Shown here: positions 51,601 through 53,334 of the stretch, piece by piece
Position numbering within the stretch: position 1 is the stretch's first letter
Layout of the letters: the number at the start of each line of letters is the position of its first letter
Virus record (IMG/VR): IMGVR_UViG_3300045988_147485
Strand: one strand, 5' to 3'
Source of the DNA: a virus
DNA: 53,334 nucleotides
Program-made: the position numbers and the translations under genes
Notes under the pieces: model-generated
What the model was told of the DNA's origin: nothing
Databases searched by the model: none
What the model saw: only the letters and a program-made list of their open reading frames with translations

Positions 51601-52015
51601 CATCATTTTCAATGGTGTCAACGCTACTTCCGACATGGATTCTGACATCCTTATTTTCAGTATAGGCTATTTCTGGTCTTGGCACACCTATACCATAATT
51701 CCCTTTTGGAGCATAAACAACAATCCACGAATTATCAATTTCATGGTTCAGCAGCACCCCTTTTAATGTGATGGATTCTTGGGTGTTCCTATCATAGTAA
51801 TAAGTTCTGCCGCCGTGGATTGCAAACATTGGGTAAACGAATCCATCTGTCGTTTCTACACCCATATCTTTTGCCGGAATACCGCCAGAAACTTCTATTG
51901 AGTACCAGGTTTCCAATATATCCCCGGTTACAGTTTCCGTAATTGGAGAAAAATTGATTTTTTCTCCTGTATTGTATAATCCTCTGTATACCTTTATTTC
52001 TCTTGTTACGCTCAT
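48629..52015 (-). CDS. Tail-associated / host-recognition protein (Tal-type minor structural protein with fibre-like repeats)
   Basis: 1128 aa downstream of the tape measure and a small Dit-like gene. Repeats TAKVAELGYLKADSADLKYATITNLEAV / TAKVAELGYLTVDAADIKYANIELSNIE are typical of prophage tail proteins. Confidence 0.7.
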   Translation of the reverse strand: MSVTREIKVYRGLYNTGEKINFSPITETVTGDILETWYSIEVSGGIPAKDMGVETTDGFVYPMFAIHGGRTYYYDRNTQESITLKGVLLNHEIDNSWIVVYAPKGNYGIGVPRPEIAYTENKDVRIHVGSSVDTIENDVLEQSEDFDFFEISISNGVMSDNFFTYGGTFSPTCTIEMMPTDKIAQGNFIRLEFKLYGFWQNFGVFYVKEPPESTSEYVSVSGIGMLEMCGDFIAKDATKPEGIWKSSILSIKGLVHYIYDTFGVPVLFNFDVNRTETQREYYQNSSIVIPHGIEESEMESNGITYSGYTMTDGFTSVRNAISKLAVALYSNAVEIAGSIVIMHNDEHDFADCGCFDDDTIEEPVQRMNAYYCPYKVDVECQQMQMTEFSKKVTDSTGTTAKYDAINAPALMDTTRTVNILNEKVIDEARKIIYYPVTVSEDDGGWCDVTNLSPTYWGQMDFAKYPIHNFATLMALNKPFYYYPIETELNGYSPFVYAGAGIKIRINGTVRFVYVGTLDLSWEGGMFSMSISSPADIDLYGGNDSTTSSGASSSAGIGTLSAGVLNSMKKAKLLDAKSILGEKIADSTIENANIADATIGFEKVNKSFITDLTADNAYIENLTAKVAELGYLKADSADLKYATITNLEAVDGKIDTLEAKAITTDNLTAKVAELGYLTVDAADIKYANIELSNIETANVGKLFADVGLIDRATIVEGHITGFLDSVEVNAASITAGTLIADRILLRGNNQGVLYALNNFGELESQNVDTLDGYVLTDHTITADKIVAKSITSNEIDVENLFAQNITATSMTITGDSKFGPFGVSSDLAEIIALDTDHNQVSIGTKKLDLYSGVVGTEEFEHMAISSNGFYTLNGAGAIARYELSGFKIENDSETVGIKGEFDKIEFRDAQSTTSKIVTYELDGIYFTGVSNFTIGAGLKTYGDLTVNNTTFIEDDGISFVNSYGNRVKNIHMISASNNFELGYGGYNNKIGATNIYGNEIQLLTRGNITSNRQLKYLWTGAHFMNANQTATLNDKISNQLNGIVLVWSKYSNGAQNYEWNCFFIPKQIVTEQPGGGHAMYCIGSWPSYKYVYVNQAYITGSSANESKNNKINGVTVDSTNHVLRYVIGV

Positions 52016-52030
52016 AATGGTATCTCTCCT

Positions 52031-52411
52031 TTACTGCTCTACCGCTTCAAAACTGAGGGATTGTGATATTATTCTTCCGTTTATAAATCCATACTGTTCT
52101 ACAGAATAATTGCCAAAGTAACATTTTATTGTTTCTACTTCTGAATATTCATTTACAAAAGATAATGTATGAATGAATGTATTGTTTACTACCAATCTTT
52201 TAATTTTTTTTATCTCTGCCGGAGTAAGGCTTGGTGGAAAAGAAAATTTTACCGTTACTTTATTCGTAACAACTTTTCCTGTCATTTTTCCAGTTCCACT
52301 TGTTCTCCTTGTTTTGGAACTTTGTACCAGTTCTCTTGTTATTTGCACCCCGCTTGCAGATGGAGACGGTATGCTTTCTCCGTCTATCTTTGGTCTTGTA
52401 TAACTGCTCAT
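52031..52411 (-). CDS. Small distal tail protein candidate
   Basis: 126-aa ORF between the tape measure and Tal. Assigned by position only; shorter than a typical Dit. Confidence 0.35.
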   Translation of the reverse strand: MSSYTRPKIDGESIPSPSASGVQITRELVQSSKTRRTSGTGKMTGKVVTNKVTVKFSFPPSLTPAEIKKIKRLVVNNTFIHTLSFVNEYSEVETIKCYFGNYSVEQYGFINGRIISQSLSFEAVEQ

Positions 52412-52439
52412 ATTTCAACCCCTTTTCCTAAAAAAATGC

Positions 52440-52475
52440 ATAATAAAAAGACGCCAGATTGTTCTCTAGCGTCTT
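52440..52475 (-). terminator. Terminator closing the tail-module moron
   Basis: AAGACGC-14 nt-GCGTCTT followed by TTTTATTA on the minus strand. Confidence 0.55.
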
Positions 52476-52507
52476 TCTTATTAGTTATTCTGTTTTTTAG
52501 CAAGTAT

Positions 52508-52894
52508 CTAAATCACTACACCAACCAAAAATACGGTAAACAGTACATAAAGCAAGTATATAGACCCAACAACAATCGCCAGAACATCATCGGCGATGTT
52601 TTTGTGTTCGCTCGGCGTTGCTAAGTCTACAATTCCTAAAATCATTGCAACCAAACATAAAACCATCCTTAATGAGTACGGCAATATGATTCCTAAGATA
52701 CCAATTCCACAAAAAACTGCGGCGGCAATTCCTAGCCCTGTGTGTTTATTTTTCTTTACAGGCTTGCTCTCCGCTTTCTGATCTTGCTCCTTTTTCTTCT
52801 CCTCATACTCAACTTCTGCTGATACAGGCGCACCGCATCCATCACAGAATCTTGCCGTTTCTGGCAACTCTTTCCCACATTTTTTACAAAACAT
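52508..52894 (-). CDS. Zinc-ribbon multi-pass membrane protein (moron)
   Basis: MFCKKCGKELPETARFCDGCG zinc ribbon, a charged linker, then hydrophobic helices (GLGIAAAVFCGIGILGIIL, MVLCLVAMILGIV, VGSIYLLYVLFTVFLVGVVI). Confidence 0.6.
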   Translation of the reverse strand: MFCKKCGKELPETARFCDGCGAPVSAEVEYEEKKKEQDQKAESKPVKKNKHTGLGIAAAVFCGIGILGIILPYSLRMVLCLVAMILGIVDLATPSEHKNIADDVLAIVVGSIYLLYVLFTVFLVGVVI

Positions 52895-52912
52895 ATCGTT
52901 CCCTCCATTTTT

Positions 52913-52947
52913 TGTTTCATTTTATCATTTTATGCGGATTTTATCAA
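52913..52947 (-). promoter_or_regulatory. Promoter of the tail-module moron
   Basis: On the minus strand: TTGATA-17 nt-TAAAAT. The -35 overlaps the tape measure stop, about 20 nt before the moron RBS GGAGGGAA. Confidence 0.45.
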
Positions 52948-53334
52948 GCCATACTCCATGATGTGCCGCCACGGCCTTTACTTATTTTTGTTGCGTTATT
53001 CATTACCTCTGTTGTAATCTTTTTGCCGTCCAGGTATACATCCCCTCCACCAATATCCATTTTACCGATGGTTTCATTTATGGCCGCTTTTACGGCGGTA
53101 TAAACACTAGGAGCAACGGCGTTTGTAATTCCGGTGTATATCTGTTCGTTGTTTACGACTTTATTCTGTGATCCTACTTTTCCTACAAGTTCCGGTCCAC
53201 TTTCTCTTGCCATAAACATTTGACCAACTGGCGGTGTACCACCATTCTTGTACCACTCTACCTTATATCCGGCCGCTATGTACGGTGCCGCACTGGTAGA
53301 ATCAAGAACAGTTATGCCTGTTCGTTTCATTCTT
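52944..53334 (-). CDS. Tape measure protein, C-terminal part (joins to 4347..1 by circular wrap)
   Basis: The track ORF MKRTGITVLDSTSAAPY... overlaps the 55-bp repeat in the same frame as the ORF running off base 1. Combined gene is 4683 nt including the stop. Confidence 0.85.
   Translation of the reverse strand, partial: RMKRTGITVLDSTSAAPYIAAGYKVEWYKNGGTPPVGQMFMARESGPELVGKVGSQNKVVNNEQIYTGITNAVAPSVYTAVKAAINETIGKMDIGGGDVYLDGKKITTEVMNNATKISKGRGGTSWSMA
53280..53334. repeat. Terminal direct repeat (copy 2), identical to 1-55
   Basis: Same 55-mer as the window start. Consistent with circular contig closure or terminal redundancy. Confidence 0.95.

Larger units (their letters stand above)
1..53334 (-). 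mobile_element. Complete temperate tailed-phage genome (siphovirus-type gene order), circular assembly, unique length 53279 bp
   Basis: Full set of packaging, head, tail, lysis, lysogeny (serine integrase, CI/Cro-like) and replication modules. The window ends carry an identical 55-bp overlap. Confidence 0.85.

Noticed and set aside
1-53334. CRISPR arrays, rRNA genes, IS elements or transposases
   Set aside because: I saw no regularly spaced short repeats, no rRNA-like sequence and no transposase motifs. The only recombinase is the serine integrase.

Overview
The window is a complete, circularly assembled genome of a temperate siphovirus-type phage. Bases 1-55 are identical to 53280-53334, so the unique length is 53279 bp. 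It is AT-rich with GGAGG-type ribosome-binding sites, which suggests a Firmicutes/Clostridia-like host. Almost all genes are on the minus strand.

Reading the minus strand from high to low coordinates, the modules are:
- Tail tip, fibre and endolysin (52411-47374).
- Lysogeny switch (47334-44793): two XRE/CI-like repressors on the plus strand, a Cro-like gene and a KilAC antirepressor.
- Early recombination/replication module (44788-27716): SleB-like hydrolase, OB-fold protein, SMC/Rad50-like ATPase, MBL-fold hydrolase, SSB, RecT, two DNA methyltransferases, GIY-YIG nuclease, YopX paralogs and a replisome organizer.
- Large serine integrase (27647-26292).
- Cargo region (26107-20214).
- More G+C-rich accessory island with plus-strand genes (about 17300-20200).
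- Packaging and morphogenesis (16824-4347): TerS, TerL, portal, scaffold, decoration protein, major capsid, connectors, major tail protein and G/GT chaperones.
- Tape measure gene, about 1560 codons. It crosses the window junction (4347..1 joined to 53279..52944), so it is missing from the supplied ORF track.

The most notable element is a diversity-generating retroelement (DGR) embedded in the early module. It has a reverse transcriptase (36847-37884), a 77-nt AAY-rich template repeat (37974-38050) and Avd (38076-38441). It has three variable repeats, one at the 3' end of each of three roughly 190-200 aa paralogous genes that lack signal peptides. Differences from the template fall almost only at template adenines.

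Other notable observations:
- A multispecific C5 cytosine methyltransferase broken at a (TTAC)4 tetranucleotide repeat, which may make it phase-variable.
- A 79-bp inverted repeat that places identical consensus promoter/operator units on both sides of a small HTH regulator.
- A 61-nt tRNA-like element without an anticodon arm, next to a GC-rich structured noncoding stretch between terS and terL.
- A holin-like gene displaced into the head-tail connector genes.
- Promoter/terminator-bounded morons.
- A candidate -1 frameshift in the tail chaperone genes.

All functional calls come from motifs recognised by eye and from gene order. No database search was run.
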